A stretch of 64,000 nt of DNA from Granulicella sp. (lineage in GTDB: Bacteria; Acidobacteriota; Terriglobia; Terriglobales; Acidobacteriaceae). A program made the translations under genes and the position numbers. Position 1 is the first letter of the stretch. Each line of letters starts with the position of its first letter. Positions 9,728 to 20,296 of this stretch are shown here, piece by piece. Under the pieces are notes generated by a model, which was not told the DNA's origin, made no database searches, and was given only the letters and a program-made list of their open reading frames with translations. The stretch is taken from the NCBI GenBank assembly GCA_003138795.1, contig PLHC01000062.1:31410-95409 (forward strand). The letters run 5' to 3'.

Positions 9728-12625
9728 ATGGAGATGTCGATGTCGGACGATGACAAGAAGAAGAGCCTCAAGGGAACGTTGAACCTCCCGAAGACTGAGT
9801 TCGCGATGAAGGCGAACTTGCCGCAAAACGAACCCGCCAGATTGGCGAGATGGGACGAGGCTGGCTTGTATGAGCAGATTCGCAAGGCGCGCGCAGGTGC
9901 ACCAAAGTACATCCTGCATGACGGGCCGCCGTATGCCAACGGCGCGATTCACTTGGGCCATGCGCTGAACAAGTGCATCAAGGATTTTGTCGTCAAGACC
10001 AAGACGATGGCCGGCTTCGATGCGCCGTATGTGCCTGGCTGGGATTGCCATGGGCTGCCGATCGAGATCAAGGTGGATGAGAAGCTCGGCGGTAAGAAAC
10101 TGGAGATGGACCCGGTCGCAGTACGGAAGGCGTGCCGTGAGTACGCAGCGAAGTTTGTCGATCTACAGCGTTCACAGTTCAAGCGGTTGGGGGTGTTTGG
10201 CCGCTGGGAAAAGCCATACGCGACGATGGACTTTCCGTATGAGGCACGGATTCTTGAGACATTTTATGGATTTTATGAAAAGGGTTTCGTCTACAAGGGA
10301 CTGAAGCCGGTGTATTGGTGCTCGCATGACCACACGGCGTTGGCCGAGGCTGAGGTGGAGTATGAGATGCACACATCTCCGAGCGTTTACGTGCGGTACA
10401 AGCTGACGAGCGCGCCGGAGAAGATCAATCCGCGGTTGCAGGGCAAGGACGTTTGGACGATTATCTGGACAACGACGCCCTGGACCCTGCCGGCGTCGCT
10501 GGCGGTGGCGTTCAATCCGGAGATTGACTACGTCGCGCTGGAGGACGGCCGCGACGTATACGTTGTCGCTGAGGCGCTGGTGCCGGAGGTGCGTGATGCC
10601 TGCGATCTGATCGGCAATTTGAAAGACGCAAAGCAGATTGCGAGTTTCCCCGGATCCAAGCTGGACCGAGTGACGTTTGCTCATCCGTTTCTTGAGCGCG
10701 AGGTTCTCGGCGTCACAGCCGACTATGTGACGACCGAGCAAGGCACAGGCGCGGTGCACACTGCTCCGGCGCATGGACCGGACGATTTTGAGACTGGACA
10801 GAGGTATGAACTGCCTCTGACCTGCGATGTGGATGCGCAGGGCAAGTTGCGCAATGGACTGCCTGATTACGACGGGCTGTTCGTACTTAAGGCGAATGGG
10901 CCGATCGAAGCGTTGCTCGTGGCGAAGGGCGCCCTGATGGGGCGGTACAACCTGGAGCACAAGTATCCGCATTGCTGGCGCTGCCATAAGCCGCTGATCT
11001 TCCGTGCGACGGAGCAGTGGTTCATCTCGATGGAAACGCCGGTGCTTTCGCCCAAGGCCGATGAGCGTAATGCGACATTCCGCGAACGTGCGCTGGAAGA
11101 AATCTCACGCGTGACATGGGATCCGGCATGGGGTGAGGAACGCATCTCAAACATGATCGCGACAAGGCCGGACTGGTGCATCTCTCGGCAGCGCATCTGG
11201 GGTGTGCCGATTGCGGTATTCCTCTGCGAGAAGTGCCACGAGCCGCTCAATGATGAGGAAATCAACAAGAGCGTGGTTGAGTTGTTCACCAAAGAGGGTG
11301 CGGATGCCTGGTACAAGTATGGCGCTGACGTCCTGTTGCCTGTTGGAACTGCGTGTAAGGCGTGCGGGGCAGTAATGCAGTTTCGCAAGGAGATGGACAT
11401 CCTCGATGTGTGGTTTGAAAGCGGAGCGAGTTGGCATGCCGTACTCGACGTGGAGCCCGAACTGCACTGGCCGGCTGATCTGTATACCGAAGGCGGCGAC
11501 CAGCATCGCGGATGGTTTCACTCTTCCCTGCTGAGCTCTGTTGGGATTCGCGACGCTGCCCCGTACAGGATGGTGGCGACGAGCGGATGGACGCTTGACG
11601 AGCAGGGCCGCGCATTCTCAAAGTCGCTGGGCAACGGCGTCGATCCGGTGGACGTGGCTAACCGGTTGGGCGGCGAGATCATTCGGCTGTGGGTTGCGAG
11701 CGTGGACTTCCGTGAGGATGTGGTCGCGAGCGAAAACCTGATGCAGCGCGTGAGTGACAACTATCGCAAGCTGCGCAATACGCTGCGCTTCCTGCTAAGC
11801 AATCTGTCGGACTTCGATCCGGCGAGGGATGCAGCCGCCTGGACCGAGATGCAGCCGCTCGATCAGTACATCCTGGCGCGGACTGCGGAACTCGATGCCG
11901 CAATTCGCAAAGCCTATGACGAGTTCGAGTTCCACCGCGCTTACCAGGCGTTGAACGAGTTTACAAATTCAGATCTGAGCGCGCTGTATCTCGACGTCGT
12001 GAAGGACAGGCTGTATACGTTCGCACCGAAGAGTCCGGAGCGACGCAGCGCGCAAACAGCAATATGGCGGATTGCAGAGGCGATGACGCGATTGGTCGCG
12101 CCCATCCTGTCATTTACGGCAGATGAGGTGTGGCAGTATCTGCCAAAGGTTGAGGGGCGTTTGTCGAGCGTGCACCTGGCGCTGTTTCCGGATGTTGCGG
12201 AGGTTGTGCCAGGCAGCATCTCAGGACTTGAGGCAGATTGGCAGCAACTGACCGACATTCGCCAACTCGTGATGGTGGAACTTGAGGCACTGCGATTGGC
12301 AAAGTCGATCGGCAAATCGCTCGATGCGGGTGTGCGTGTGATTGCGACGGAGGGCTCTCCGGAGGCGCGGGTGTTGAAGCAGTACGAGAGTGCCTTGGCG
12401 GAGTTCTTTAACGTCTCGCAAGCGACGGTGCAGGTCATCGGTGCTACACAACAGGAGTCGGCCGTATTGATCGAGGCCCAAGTAGCGGATGGCTCGAAGT
12501 GCGAACGATGCTGGCGCGTTGTTCCCGATGTGGGGGCGGACGATCGCTGGCCGGTAGTATGCATGCGCTGCGCCGAAGCACTTGATGCAATAGGCTTCCC
12601 GCCGATGGTTGGGGAGGCTGAGTAA
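9728..12625 (+). CDS. ileS: isoleucine--tRNA ligase
   Basis: HIGH (PPYANGAIHLGHAL), KMSKS-type (AFSKSLGNG) and C-terminal Zn cysteines (CERCWRV...CMRC); 965 aa; followed by lspA as in many bacteria. Confidence 0.97.
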   Translation: MEMSMSDDDKKKSLKGTLNLPKTEFAMKANLPQNEPARLARWDEAGLYEQIRKARAGAPKYILHDGPPYANGAIHLGHALNKCIKDFVVKTKTMAGFDAPYVPGWDCHGLPIEIKVDEKLGGKKLEMDPVAVRKACREYAAKFVDLQRSQFKRLGVFGRWEKPYATMDFPYEARILETFYGFYEKGFVYKGLKPVYWCSHDHTALAEAEVEYEMHTSPSVYVRYKLTSAPEKINPRLQGKDVWTIIWTTTPWTLPASLAVAFNPEIDYVALEDGRDVYVVAEALVPEVRDACDLIGNLKDAKQIASFPGSKLDRVTFAHPFLEREVLGVTADYVTTEQGTGAVHTAPAHGPDDFETGQRYELPLTCDVDAQGKLRNGLPDYDGLFVLKANGPIEALLVAKGALMGRYNLEHKYPHCWRCHKPLIFRATEQWFISMETPVLSPKADERNATFRERALEEISRVTWDPAWGEERISNMIATRPDWCISRQRIWGVPIAVFLCEKCHEPLNDEEINKSVVELFTKEGADAWYKYGADVLLPVGTACKACGAVMQFRKEMDILDVWFESGASWHAVLDVEPELHWPADLYTEGGDQHRGWFHSSLLSSVGIRDAAPYRMVATSGWTLDEQGRAFSKSLGNGVDPVDVANRLGGEIIRLWVASVDFREDVVASENLMQRVSDNYRKLRNTLRFLLSNLSDFDPARDAAAWTEMQPLDQYILARTAELDAAIRKAYDEFEFHRAYQALNEFTNSDLSALYLDVVKDRLYTFAPKSPERRSAQTAIWRIAEAMTRLVAPILSFTADEVWQYLPKVEGRLSSVHLALFPDVAEVVPGSISGLEADWQQLTDIRQLVMVELEALRLAKSIGKSLDAGVRVIATEGSPEARVLKQYESALAEFFNVSQATVQVIGATQQESAVLIEAQVADGSKCERCWRVVPDVGADDRWPVVCMRCAEALDAIGFPPMVGEAE

Positions 12626-13128
12626 TGCCGATTCGATCTCATGGGCGCGACATGCGCTGGTTGATGGTTGTGATCGCTGCGTTGATTGTCGTAATCGATC
12701 GAGTGACAAAGCTCTGGATTGTGGCTCACATCAGGCCGGGGTACGCAATCGTTGTCATCCCTAGGGTTTTTAGGCTGACCCATGTGCTCAACACTGGTGC
12801 AGCGTTCAGTATGTTTGAGAGCAGCGCTTCGCCAAGCCTGGTGCGCAATCTGCTGATCGCTTTTTCGATCGCCGCGGTGGTGGTGGTGGTGGCGCTGCTC
12901 TGGAAGATGGGGCGCAGCGTGACGCTGACCTCAGTGGCGCTAGCACTGATCCTTGGTGGGGCAATCGGGAATCTGTATGACCGCATTCGCTTCGCCCACG
13001 TGGTCGACTTCCTCGAGGTGCATATCATTCACTATCACTGGCCGGACTTCAATGTGGCGGATTCGTCAATCGTGGTGGGTGCTTGCCTGCTGCTGCTGGA
13101 GATGTTGCGACCGCAAAGGAGCGCTTGA
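12625..13128 (+). CDS. lspA: lipoprotein signal peptidase (signal peptidase II)
   Basis: TAATG overlap with the ileS stop; four TM segments; conserved N.GAAFS and VVDF...FNVAD aspartate regions. Confidence 0.9.
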   Translation: MPIRSHGRDMRWLMVVIAALIVVIDRVTKLWIVAHIRPGYAIVVIPRVFRLTHVLNTGAAFSMFESSASPSLVRNLLIAFSIAAVVVVVALLWKMGRSVTLTSVALALILGGAIGNLYDRIRFAHVVDFLEVHIIHYHWPDFNVADSSIVVGACLLLLEMLRPQRSA

Positions 13129-13133
13129 GCAAC

Positions 13134-16100
13134 ATGAGTATGGGGGGCGCGAACGACAAGATTACGATTCGCGGTGCGCGAACGCACAATCTGAAGGGTA
13201 TCGACGTCGATATTCCGCATAACGCGCTAACGGTTGTGAGCGGTGTGTCGGGCTCGGGAAAGTCGTCGCTGGCGTTCGATACGGTGTATGCCGAGGGGCA
13301 ACGACGCTATGTCGAGAGCTTGTCGGCGTATGCGAGACAGTTTTTGGAGCGCATTGAGAAGCCCGATGTGGACTTTATGGATGGGCTCGCTCCGGCGATT
13401 GCAATCAAGCAGAAGAATCAGACGCGCAATCCGCGTTCGACGGTAGCCACGGCGACGGAGATCTTCGATTATCTGCGGCTGCTTTATGCACGCTGCGGTA
13501 CGGTGACTTGCCTGCATTGTGGCGGCGTTGTGCGCCATGACACGGTGGATGAGATAGTTACCCGAGTATTGACGATGCCCGAAGGGACGCGGGTCTATGC
13601 GCTGTTCCCTATTGTGCGGCGAGAGATCAAGCTGGAGGCGATGCAGGGGCCAACGACTGAGACGAGCGCCGAAGTAATCGTATCGGCGAAGATACCAGCG
13701 AAGAAGGCTACGAAGATTGGCAAAAAGGACACAGTAGTCACTGTGGTGAATTTGACCGAGTCCCTGAAGGAGCGGCTGGGAGAGCTGCGCAGGCGCGGCT
13801 ACAACCGGCTTTGGCAGGTGGACGAGGCTGGCGGCGTGGGAAAGATCGTCGAGTTTTCGACACCGGAATCGCTGCTCGAGCTGGACTTTGGAGCGGTCGA
13901 GGCACGTCCGATTTACGTGCTTATAGACAGACTTGCTCTTTCGGCAGAGATACGCACGCGGCTGGTCGATGCGATCGAGACTGGATATCGCGAGGCAGGA
14001 GAGATTGTGCTGCGCACCGTTCCGCGTGAAGAGACGGAAGCTGCGGAGTCATTGCGGTATTCGTCGGCTTTCGAGTGCTCCGACTGCCATCGAGCGTATC
14101 GCGAGCCAGAGCCTCGGCTGTTCAGCTTCAATAATCCCTTTGGTGCGTGCCCCCGCTGCCAGGGATTCGGCAACACCATCGACTTCGATCCGAACCTCAT
14201 CATCCCCAACCGGTCGAAGACACTGGATGAGGGCGCGATCGATCCGTGGACGAAGCCGAAGTATCGCGCATGGCACGGCGAGATGAAGCGGGCTGCGAAG
14301 GCTGAAGGCATTTCTGTCGATGTGCCGTGGTTCGATCTCACGGATACGCAGCAACACTTCATTGAAGAAGGCAGCGGGAGCTGGCCGGGGATTCGCGGCT
14401 TCTTTGCGGAGCTGGAACGCAAGAAGTACAAGCTGCACGTGCGCGTATTTCTTTCGAAGTATCGAGGGTACGCAACGTGTCCGGATTGCCGTGGACAGCG
14501 ACTGCGCGCAGAGGCGCGCGCGGTTCTGCTCGCGGGCAAGAACATCTGCGAGGTCTGTGCGCTCACAATCACCGAGACGCAGGAGTTTCTTGACTCGCTG
14601 ACTCTGAGCCCGTCGCAGCAGGAGATTGCGGGCAAAGTATTGGAAGAAGTGCGGCAGCGGGTTAACTTCCTGCAGCAGGTGGGCCTGGAGTATCTGACGC
14701 TGGACCGGCTGAGTTCAACGCTGAGTGGAGGCGAGTCGCAGCGAATCCAACTTGCGACGAGCCTGGGTTCACGGCTGGTGGGCGCTCTGTATGTGCTCGA
14801 TGAGCCTTCCATCGGACTGCATTCGCGTGATACGGCGAAGCTGATCACGATCATGGAGGAGTTGCGCGATCTCGGCAATACGATCCTGGTGGTCGAGCAT
14901 GATCCGGATGTGATTCGCGCGGCAGATCACCTGCTCGATCTTGGACCCGGCGCGGGTGAGCTGGGTGGTCACCTGCTGGCAGCGGGAACGGTCGATGAGG
15001 TTCGCGACAATCCCGCGTCGCTGACAGGGCGATATCTGAGTGGGCGAGCGAGCATTGCGGTGCCAAAGCATCGTCGAGAACCAGGACGCGAGAAGCTTGT
15101 GTTGCGCGGTGCGCGGATTCACAATCTGCGCGGCATCGATGTGGAGATTCCGTTGGGGCTGCTGTGCTGTGTAACGGGCGTGTCGGGATCAGGTAAGTCG
15201 ACGATGGTCCACCAGGTGTTGTATCGAGCCCTGATGCAGGCGCTCGGGCAGTCTGAAGGTGGTGAGCGAGAGACGGTGAATCTGTACCGGGAGCTCTCTG
15301 GATCACAATATCTGAATGATGTGGTGCTGGTGGACCAGTCCCCCATCGGCCGCACGCCGCGATCTAACCCTGTCACATATATCAAGGCCTTCGATGCAAT
15401 TCGGGAGCTCTTTGCAGCGCAGCCCGATGCTCGACGGAAGAACCTCACTGCAGGATCATTCTCGTTCAATGTGCCGGGTGGACGATGCGATGTGTGCGAG
15501 GGCGATGGCACGGTGACGGTCGAGATGCAGTTTCTCGCAGACGTGGAGCTGCCGTGCGAGGAGTGCAACGGAACCCGTTTCAAAGCGTCCATACTTGAGG
15601 TGAAGTACAAGGGCAAGAATATCCACGAAGTTCTCGGAATGACAGTACGTGAGGCGTTGGTTTACTTCGCTGGACATCCGAAGATCGTCGATAAGCTGGC
15701 AGTGCTCGATGAGGTTGGGTTGGGATATTTGCGGCTAGGGCAAAGCGCGACGACTTTGAGCGGCGGCGAGGCCCAACGCGTGAAATTGGCGCAACATCTT
15801 GCTTCGGCACGCGGCGGATCGTCGGGTGGAGCGGCGGGTATTCGCGGCGAGGCGAAGCGGGCTGCAAGCAGAATTCTTTACATTCTGGATGAGCCGACGA
15901 CAGGATTGCACTTCGAAGATGTGGCAAAGTTGCTGGCGGCGCTCCATAAGCTGATCGATGGCGGTGGGTCTCTGCTGGTAATCGAGCACAACCTGGATGT
16001 GATCAAGTGCGCGGATTGGGTGATCGATATGGGACCAGAAGGCGGATCTGGCGGAGGCCAGATCGTGGCAACAGGCACGCCGGAGGAGATCGCCGGGGTG

Positions 16101-16175
16101 AAGGCATCCCATACGGGCTATTGGCTTGGACCAGTGCTTGACGGCGGGTTGCAACGCAAGCGTGAGGTGGCGTGA
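13134..16175 (+). CDS. uvrA: excinuclease ABC subunit A family protein
   Basis: [16 protein letters not shown], two Walker A motifs ([14 protein letters not shown] and GVSGSGKST), two LSGGE signatures and zinc modules ([16 protein letters not shown]...CEECNG). Trimmed to ATG 13134, just after the lspA stop and preceded by AAAGGAG. Contains two segments absent from E. coli UvrA as remembered (see findings). Confidence 0.88.
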   Translation: MSMGGANDKITIRGARTHNLKGIDVDIPHNALTVVSGVSGSGKSSLAFDTVYAEGQRRYVESLSAYARQFLERIEKPDVDFMDGLAPAIAIKQKNQTRNPRSTVATATEIFDYLRLLYARCGTVTCLHCGGVVRHDTVDEIVTRVLTMPEGTRVYALFPIVRREIKLEAMQGPTTETSAEVIVSAKIPAKKATKIGKKDTVVTVVNLTESLKERLGELRRRGYNRLWQVDEAGGVGKIVEFSTPESLLELDFGAVEARPIYVLIDRLALSAEIRTRLVDAIETGYREAGEIVLRTVPREETEAAESLRYSSAFECSDCHRAYREPEPRLFSFNNPFGACPRCQGFGNTIDFDPNLIIPNRSKTLDEGAIDPWTKPKYRAWHGEMKRAAKAEGISVDVPWFDLTDTQQHFIEEGSGSWPGIRGFFAELERKKYKLHVRVFLSKYRGYATCPDCRGQRLRAEARAVLLAGKNICEVCALTITETQEFLDSLTLSPSQQEIAGKVLEEVRQRVNFLQQVGLEYLTLDRLSSTLSGGESQRIQLATSLGSRLVGALYVLDEPSIGLHSRDTAKLITIMEELRDLGNTILVVEHDPDVIRAADHLLDLGPGAGELGGHLLAAGTVDEVRDNPASLTGRYLSGRASIAVPKHRREPGREKLVLRGARIHNLRGIDVEIPLGLLCCVTGVSGSGKSTMVHQVLYRALMQALGQSEGGERETVNLYRELSGSQYLNDVVLVDQSPIGRTPRSNPVTYIKAFDAIRELFAAQPDARRKNLTAGSFSFNVPGGRCDVCEGDGTVTVEMQFLADVELPCEECNGTRFKASILEVKYKGKNIHEVLGMTVREALVYFAGHPKIVDKLAVLDEVGLGYLRLGQSATTLSGGEAQRVKLAQHLASARGGSSGGAAGIRGEAKRAASRILYILDEPTTGLHFEDVAKLLAALHKLIDGGGSLLVIEHNLDVIKCADWVIDMGPEGGSGGGQIVATGTPEEIAGVKASHTGYWLGPVLDGGLQRKREVA

Positions 16176-17503
16176 TGAAGCAGAAACTGGTCTGCTCTGG
16201 CCTATTTGCATTATTCATAGGCTCGGCCGTCGCACAGATTCCAGCTGGGACGCGGAGTGTCGATGACCACTCGCGTGAAGATGCTGTCAATCAACAGATC
16301 CGCGAGGCCGAAAGCGCGCTGGAGAAACAGGACTACAAAGGCGCCGAGTCGAAGTTGCGGACGCTGGCGGCTACGAACCCAAAGGATGGCCGCATTCTTT
16401 ACGACCTTGGATTTGCCCAGGAACGCAATGGCGAAGAAGCAGACGCCGCCAAGGCCTACACAGCTTCTATCGCTGCGATCCCAGATTTTGCAGATCCGAA
16501 GATTGCGCTCGGACTGCTGGATGCTCGATCTGGACGGACAGAGGCGGCGCATCGCGAACTGGTGGATGCGGCGAATCTTCCCAACGCTGCGCCGGAGCTG
16601 CGTGCGCGTGCACTTAGGGCGCTCGCGCATCTGGACGAGAGCAGCCAACCGGAGGCGGCGAGCGAGGAATTGCTCGCAGCGTTGAAGCTGACCGCAGAGA
16701 CGCCTGACGACGTGCTTATGGGAGCTGAGCTGGCCGAGCGTGCAGGCGATGCTGCGGATGCGGAAGTTGCGTACCGGCGGGCGCTCAAACTGCTGCCTGA
16801 TGATGTGGATGCAACGGCTGGACTGGCGCATGTTCTAAAGCAGCAGGGCAAGCTAGCGGAGGCAGACGCAGTGCTCTCTGGGGTACTGAAGGAGCATCCA
16901 GATGATGTACGGCTGATCGCTCAGGCCGCCACGTTATACGCGGCCGAGGGCAAGGAGGCACAAGCAATCCCCCTGCTGGAGCAACTTCGCGCCGTTGACC
17001 CGAAGATCGCTGCCGATCCAGATACGACACGGTTACTGGCGCGGCTTTATTACTTCAATGGGAACAACGCTGCCGCAGAAAAGCTCTATACGGCGCTTCT
17101 GACAACAACGCCCAAAGATCCAGTGCTGCTGGACGCGCTGGGCAGCGCCCAGGTGAAGCAGGGACATGATGCTGAGGCCGAAGCGACGCTTGCAAAGGCG
17201 GTAGCTTTGCGTGAAGAGTTTCACGACGATCAGGCCTGGGGTGAAGCAGCAGGACACCTGGCTTTTGCGGCCTCAAAGAACAATGATCCAAAGACGTGTC
17301 TGCAGGCGCTCGCGGCGCGTGCTACAGTTCTACCCAACTCACCGACATTATTATTTCTGGAGGCAAAGGCCCATGACCAGCTGCGCCAGATCAAAGAAGC
17401 TATAGCAGCATATAAAGCGTTTCTTGTATTGGCAAATGGCAAGTTTCCCGATCAAGAGTTCGAGGCTCGTCACCGCCTGATAGCCCTGGAGCATACGAGA
17501 TAG
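16172..17503 (+). CDS. TPR-repeat protein, secreted
   Basis: GTGATGA overlap with the uvrA stop; N-terminal signal peptide (LFALFIGSAVAQ); repeated 34-aa Ala/Leu-rich TPR-like helices throughout. Confidence 0.7.
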   Translation: MMKQKLVCSGLFALFIGSAVAQIPAGTRSVDDHSREDAVNQQIREAESALEKQDYKGAESKLRTLAATNPKDGRILYDLGFAQERNGEEADAAKAYTASIAAIPDFADPKIALGLLDARSGRTEAAHRELVDAANLPNAAPELRARALRALAHLDESSQPEAASEELLAALKLTAETPDDVLMGAELAERAGDAADAEVAYRRALKLLPDDVDATAGLAHVLKQQGKLAEADAVLSGVLKEHPDDVRLIAQAATLYAAEGKEAQAIPLLEQLRAVDPKIAADPDTTRLLARLYYFNGNNAAAEKLYTALLTTTPKDPVLLDALGSAQVKQGHDAEAEATLAKAVALREEFHDDQAWGEAAGHLAFAASKNNDPKTCLQALAARATVLPNSPTLLFLEAKAHDQLRQIKEAIAAYKAFLVLANGKFPDQEFEARHRLIALEHTR

Positions 17504-17587
17504 GCGTGGCTGTACTCCGAGTGACCGCGCAAGGGGCATATTTGGCTGATGAAATCCTCGGCGCGGACCATGGTAGGCTGACGTAGC

Positions 17588-18298
17588 GTGTCGCGTTCTA
17601 CTCTCCCACCTGTTTCGTCTTTAGTTCTCTCGATCTTCGAGCAGGAGTACCTCGCCCTGCGACCGCGAGCACCGATGCCGGCGCTGGATGTCAAGTTGCG
17701 GCGATTTACCAGCCTGAACACGACAATCCGCCTGCGCGATGGCAAGCTCATCGTGCGACTCTCCGATCTGCTGGAGCATGCGCCCGAGGCGATTCATCAG
17801 GCGATCGCGCACATCCTCCTGGCTAAGCTCTATCGCAAGCCAGTTGCGCCAGTATTCGCGGATCGCTACCGCCGCTACACACAATCGGAGACGGTTTCAA
17901 AGCAGGCCGAACGTATACGGCAGATACGTGGGCGGAAGGTGATCAGCTCGGCGCAAGGTCACCTCTATGATCTCGATGAGGTCTTCGAGGCGGTGAATCG
18001 GCGTTTTTTTTATGGACTGCTGGGGCGACCGACGCTGACGTGGAGTATGCATGTGGCAAAGCGCATGCTCGGACACTATGACGCGGCACACAACACGATT
18101 GTGGTGAGTCGTGTCTTCGACCGGCCGGAAACGCCGCGGTATGCGATCGAGTATCTGCTGTACCACGAGATGCTGCACTTGAAGCATCCAGTCCGCGTGC
18201 GGGCGGGACGGCGTTGCGTACACTCGCGCGACTTTCAGGCCGAGGAGCGGCTTTTCCCGGAGCTTGAGCTGGCAAAGGCATTCCTGAAGCGGCTCTAG
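17588..18298 (+). CDS. HExxH zinc metalloprotease-like protein (SprT / DUF45-like)
   Basis: GTG start. C-terminal YLLYHEMLHLKH (HExxH) within a domain of about 100 aa resembles the SprT-like/YgjP-type fold. The family assignment is by eye only. Confidence 0.55.
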   Translation: MSRSTLPPVSSLVLSIFEQEYLALRPRAPMPALDVKLRRFTSLNTTIRLRDGKLIVRLSDLLEHAPEAIHQAIAHILLAKLYRKPVAPVFADRYRRYTQSETVSKQAERIRQIRGRKVISSAQGHLYDLDEVFEAVNRRFFYGLLGRPTLTWSMHVAKRMLGHYDAAHNTIVVSRVFDRPETPRYAIEYLLYHEMLHLKHPVRVRAGRRCVHSRDFQAEERLFPELELAKAFLKRL

Positions 18299-18318
18299 GT
18301 CGGGACTCAGGATAGCAT

Positions 18319-18610
18319 GGGGGGTACCCCCCCTCCCCCCCTCATTTTGTAAGGTCTCTGGAATCAAGAGTTACGGAAATGACTGTCTGCAAAGTATTCC
18401 ATCCAGATACTTTACGGGCAATGTATTCAAACTATTGAAGTTAGCGATGCTTTTGCCAGCTCTGAGCTTTAGGTGGAGGACAGTTGTGGATTTAGTCTCA
18501 ATTTCAATTATAGAGAGTGGGGACTGGAACTATGCCAGGTTTCTATGATATTTATCTGCATTGTTTTCATAGGGTTGAACCATATTGGAGGCGACAGGGG
18601 GCTTGACAGG
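18319..18610 (+). repeat. dispersed structured repeat, copy B (about 292 bp)
   Basis: Starts with the palindrome GGGGGGTACCCCCC and ends with GGGGGCTTGACAGG. Colinear with copy C and with the reverse complement of copy A. Confidence 0.85.
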
Positions 18611-18625
18611 ATTCTGGGCGGCCGC

Positions 18626-18690
18626 AGAAGCAGATTCCCTACGGGAATGACAGAAAGAAAGGCAAAAGCAAAAGAAGGCAGTAGCAAAGG
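18626..18690 (+). repeat. hairpin plus purine-rich module (short version)
   Basis: AGAAGCAGATTCCCTACGGGAATGACAGAAAGAAAGGCAAAAGCAAAAGAAGGCAG. Perfect stem ATTCCC/GGGAAT at 18634..18648. The same 40-nt core occurs at 25287..25330. Abuts the lgt stop codon. Confidence 0.8.
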
Positions 18691-19563
18691 CTACGCTGCG
18701 GCGATCACGCCCTTCGATGGCTTTGGCAGAGGCGTCACAGGGATTGCCTCGTTGTTCCGCGTGATGAACATCATCGCTGCACCGAAGAGGATGCTGCCAA
18801 GCGCTGCCACCTGAGCGTTCGACATGCCCCAGTAGATACGGGGGTTGAGGCGGACGAACTCGACGAGAAAACGGCCGATGCCGCTGAGGACGAGGTACTC
18901 TCCGGTGAGGAAGCCGAGTGGACGCGGCTTGGAACCGCGCTTCCAGAGCCACCAGGCAAGTGCGAGCGCGAAGAGGAACTCATAGATCGGAGTTGGCTGA
19001 ACCAGTGCGGTTGGAGGGTTGGGTGGAACGAGAGCATTCTTCGCCATGTGCACGCCCCAGGGAAGGGTCGTATTGATGCCGTAATCGCCGTCACCGGATG
19101 TGAGGCAGCCGATACGACCGACTCCATAGCCGATCGCCGCAGCAGGGGCAGCGAGGTCCAGCATCCGCAGCGCTGCACGGTGTCCACGCAGAGCGTTTGG
19201 CTTAGCCGCATATCCCTGAAACATCAGCATTGCAACGCCTGCGAGCAGACCGCCGAACCAGGCGAATCCGGCCTGAAACCAGTGCAGAAAGCCGAGCAGG
19301 ACGTCGGTCGGATGGTGCCAGCCGGGAAGGAGAATCTGCCGCCATGCAGCCTCCAACTCGTTCACATTCTCGAGTTCGTGCCAGAGCTTGGCGCCGATGA
19401 TTCCCGCAAGGACAACCATTGTGACAACGTTGAGCGCGTCGGCGTCGACACCGTTGCGAACGAAGTTCCTGTGCAGCGCAATTGTGCCGCAGACGGCGGC
19501 GAGCCAGAGCAGCAGCCCAAAGGTTCCAATGTGAGCAAAACCGAGATTCAAATAGGGATACAT
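18691..19563 (-). CDS. lgt: prolipoprotein diacylglyceryl transferase
   Basis: Polytopic membrane protein. AAPAAAIGYGVGRIGCLTSGDGDYG corresponds to the Lgt APLIPFGLGxGRxGNFxNGE region. Trimmed to ATG 19563 (MYPYLNLGF). Confidence 0.8.
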   Translation of the reverse strand: MYPYLNLGFAHIGTFGLLLWLAAVCGTIALHRNFVRNGVDADALNVVTMVVLAGIIGAKLWHELENVNELEAAWRQILLPGWHHPTDVLLGFLHWFQAGFAWFGGLLAGVAMLMFQGYAAKPNALRGHRAALRMLDLAAPAAAIGYGVGRIGCLTSGDGDYGINTTLPWGVHMAKNALVPPNPPTALVQPTPIYEFLFALALAWWLWKRGSKPRPLGFLTGEYLVLSGIGRFLVEFVRLNPRIYWGMSNAQVAALGSILFGAAMMFITRNNEAIPVTPLPKPSKGVIAAA

Positions 19564-19726
19564 GCAGGCTTCAGTATAGCGATGAGGAGACGCGGCGAGC
19601 ACCAGTGATCATTATGCCGGGGTTTTCCTCAACCCATAGAGTGGGTAAGACTTTTTTGCAGCCGTCCATTTCGCGTACTCTAAGCGCATGGCTTGTACTA
19701 TTCCCGCGTTTGTCCCTCCCGAAGCT

Positions 19727-20251
19727 ATGGATGTTCTCCTAACTCAAGAACAGATTGCCGAACGCGTCAAAGTGATCGGCGCACAGATCACCGAGGACTA
19801 CAAAGATCAATCGATTGTGTTGATCGGCGTGCTGAAGGGTGCAGCGATCTTCCTGTCGGATCTTGCACGGTCTATCAAGGTGGACAACACCTTCGATTTC
19901 GTCGCGGTCTCCAGCTATGGCCGCGCACGCGTTTCCTCGGGCGCGGTGAAGCTGATCAAGGACATCGATAATCCCATTGAGGGCAAGCACGTCATCCTGG
20001 TCGAGGACATCCTCGATACGGGATTGACGCTGAGCTACCTTCGCGGGTTGATGCTGCAGCACAAACCTGCGTCACTGAAGATTGCAACGTGTCTGGATAA
20101 ACCGGACCGGCGCTTGGTGCCGATCGAAGCGGACTATGCATGCTTCAAGATTCCGAACCGATTCGTTATCGGCTACGGCATGGACTACGCGGAGCGTTAT
20201 CGCGGCGTCCCAGACATACGAATCTTTCCGGATAATCCTCAGGGGCACTGA
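19727..20251 (+). CDS. hpt: hypoxanthine phosphoribosyltransferase
   Basis: PRPP-binding loop HVILVEDILDTGLTLSYL and the typical Hpt N-terminus (LLTQEQIAERVKVIGAQITEDY). Trimmed to ATG 19727. Confidence 0.92.
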   Translation: MDVLLTQEQIAERVKVIGAQITEDYKDQSIVLIGVLKGAAIFLSDLARSIKVDNTFDFVAVSSYGRARVSSGAVKLIKDIDNPIEGKHVILVEDILDTGLTLSYLRGLMLQHKPASLKIATCLDKPDRRLVPIEADYACFKIPNRFVIGYGMDYAERYRGVPDIRIFPDNPQGH

Positions 20252-20296
20252 GCCGGGAGACGGGTTTCGACGGAGCGTCGCGACTAGAATATAAAG

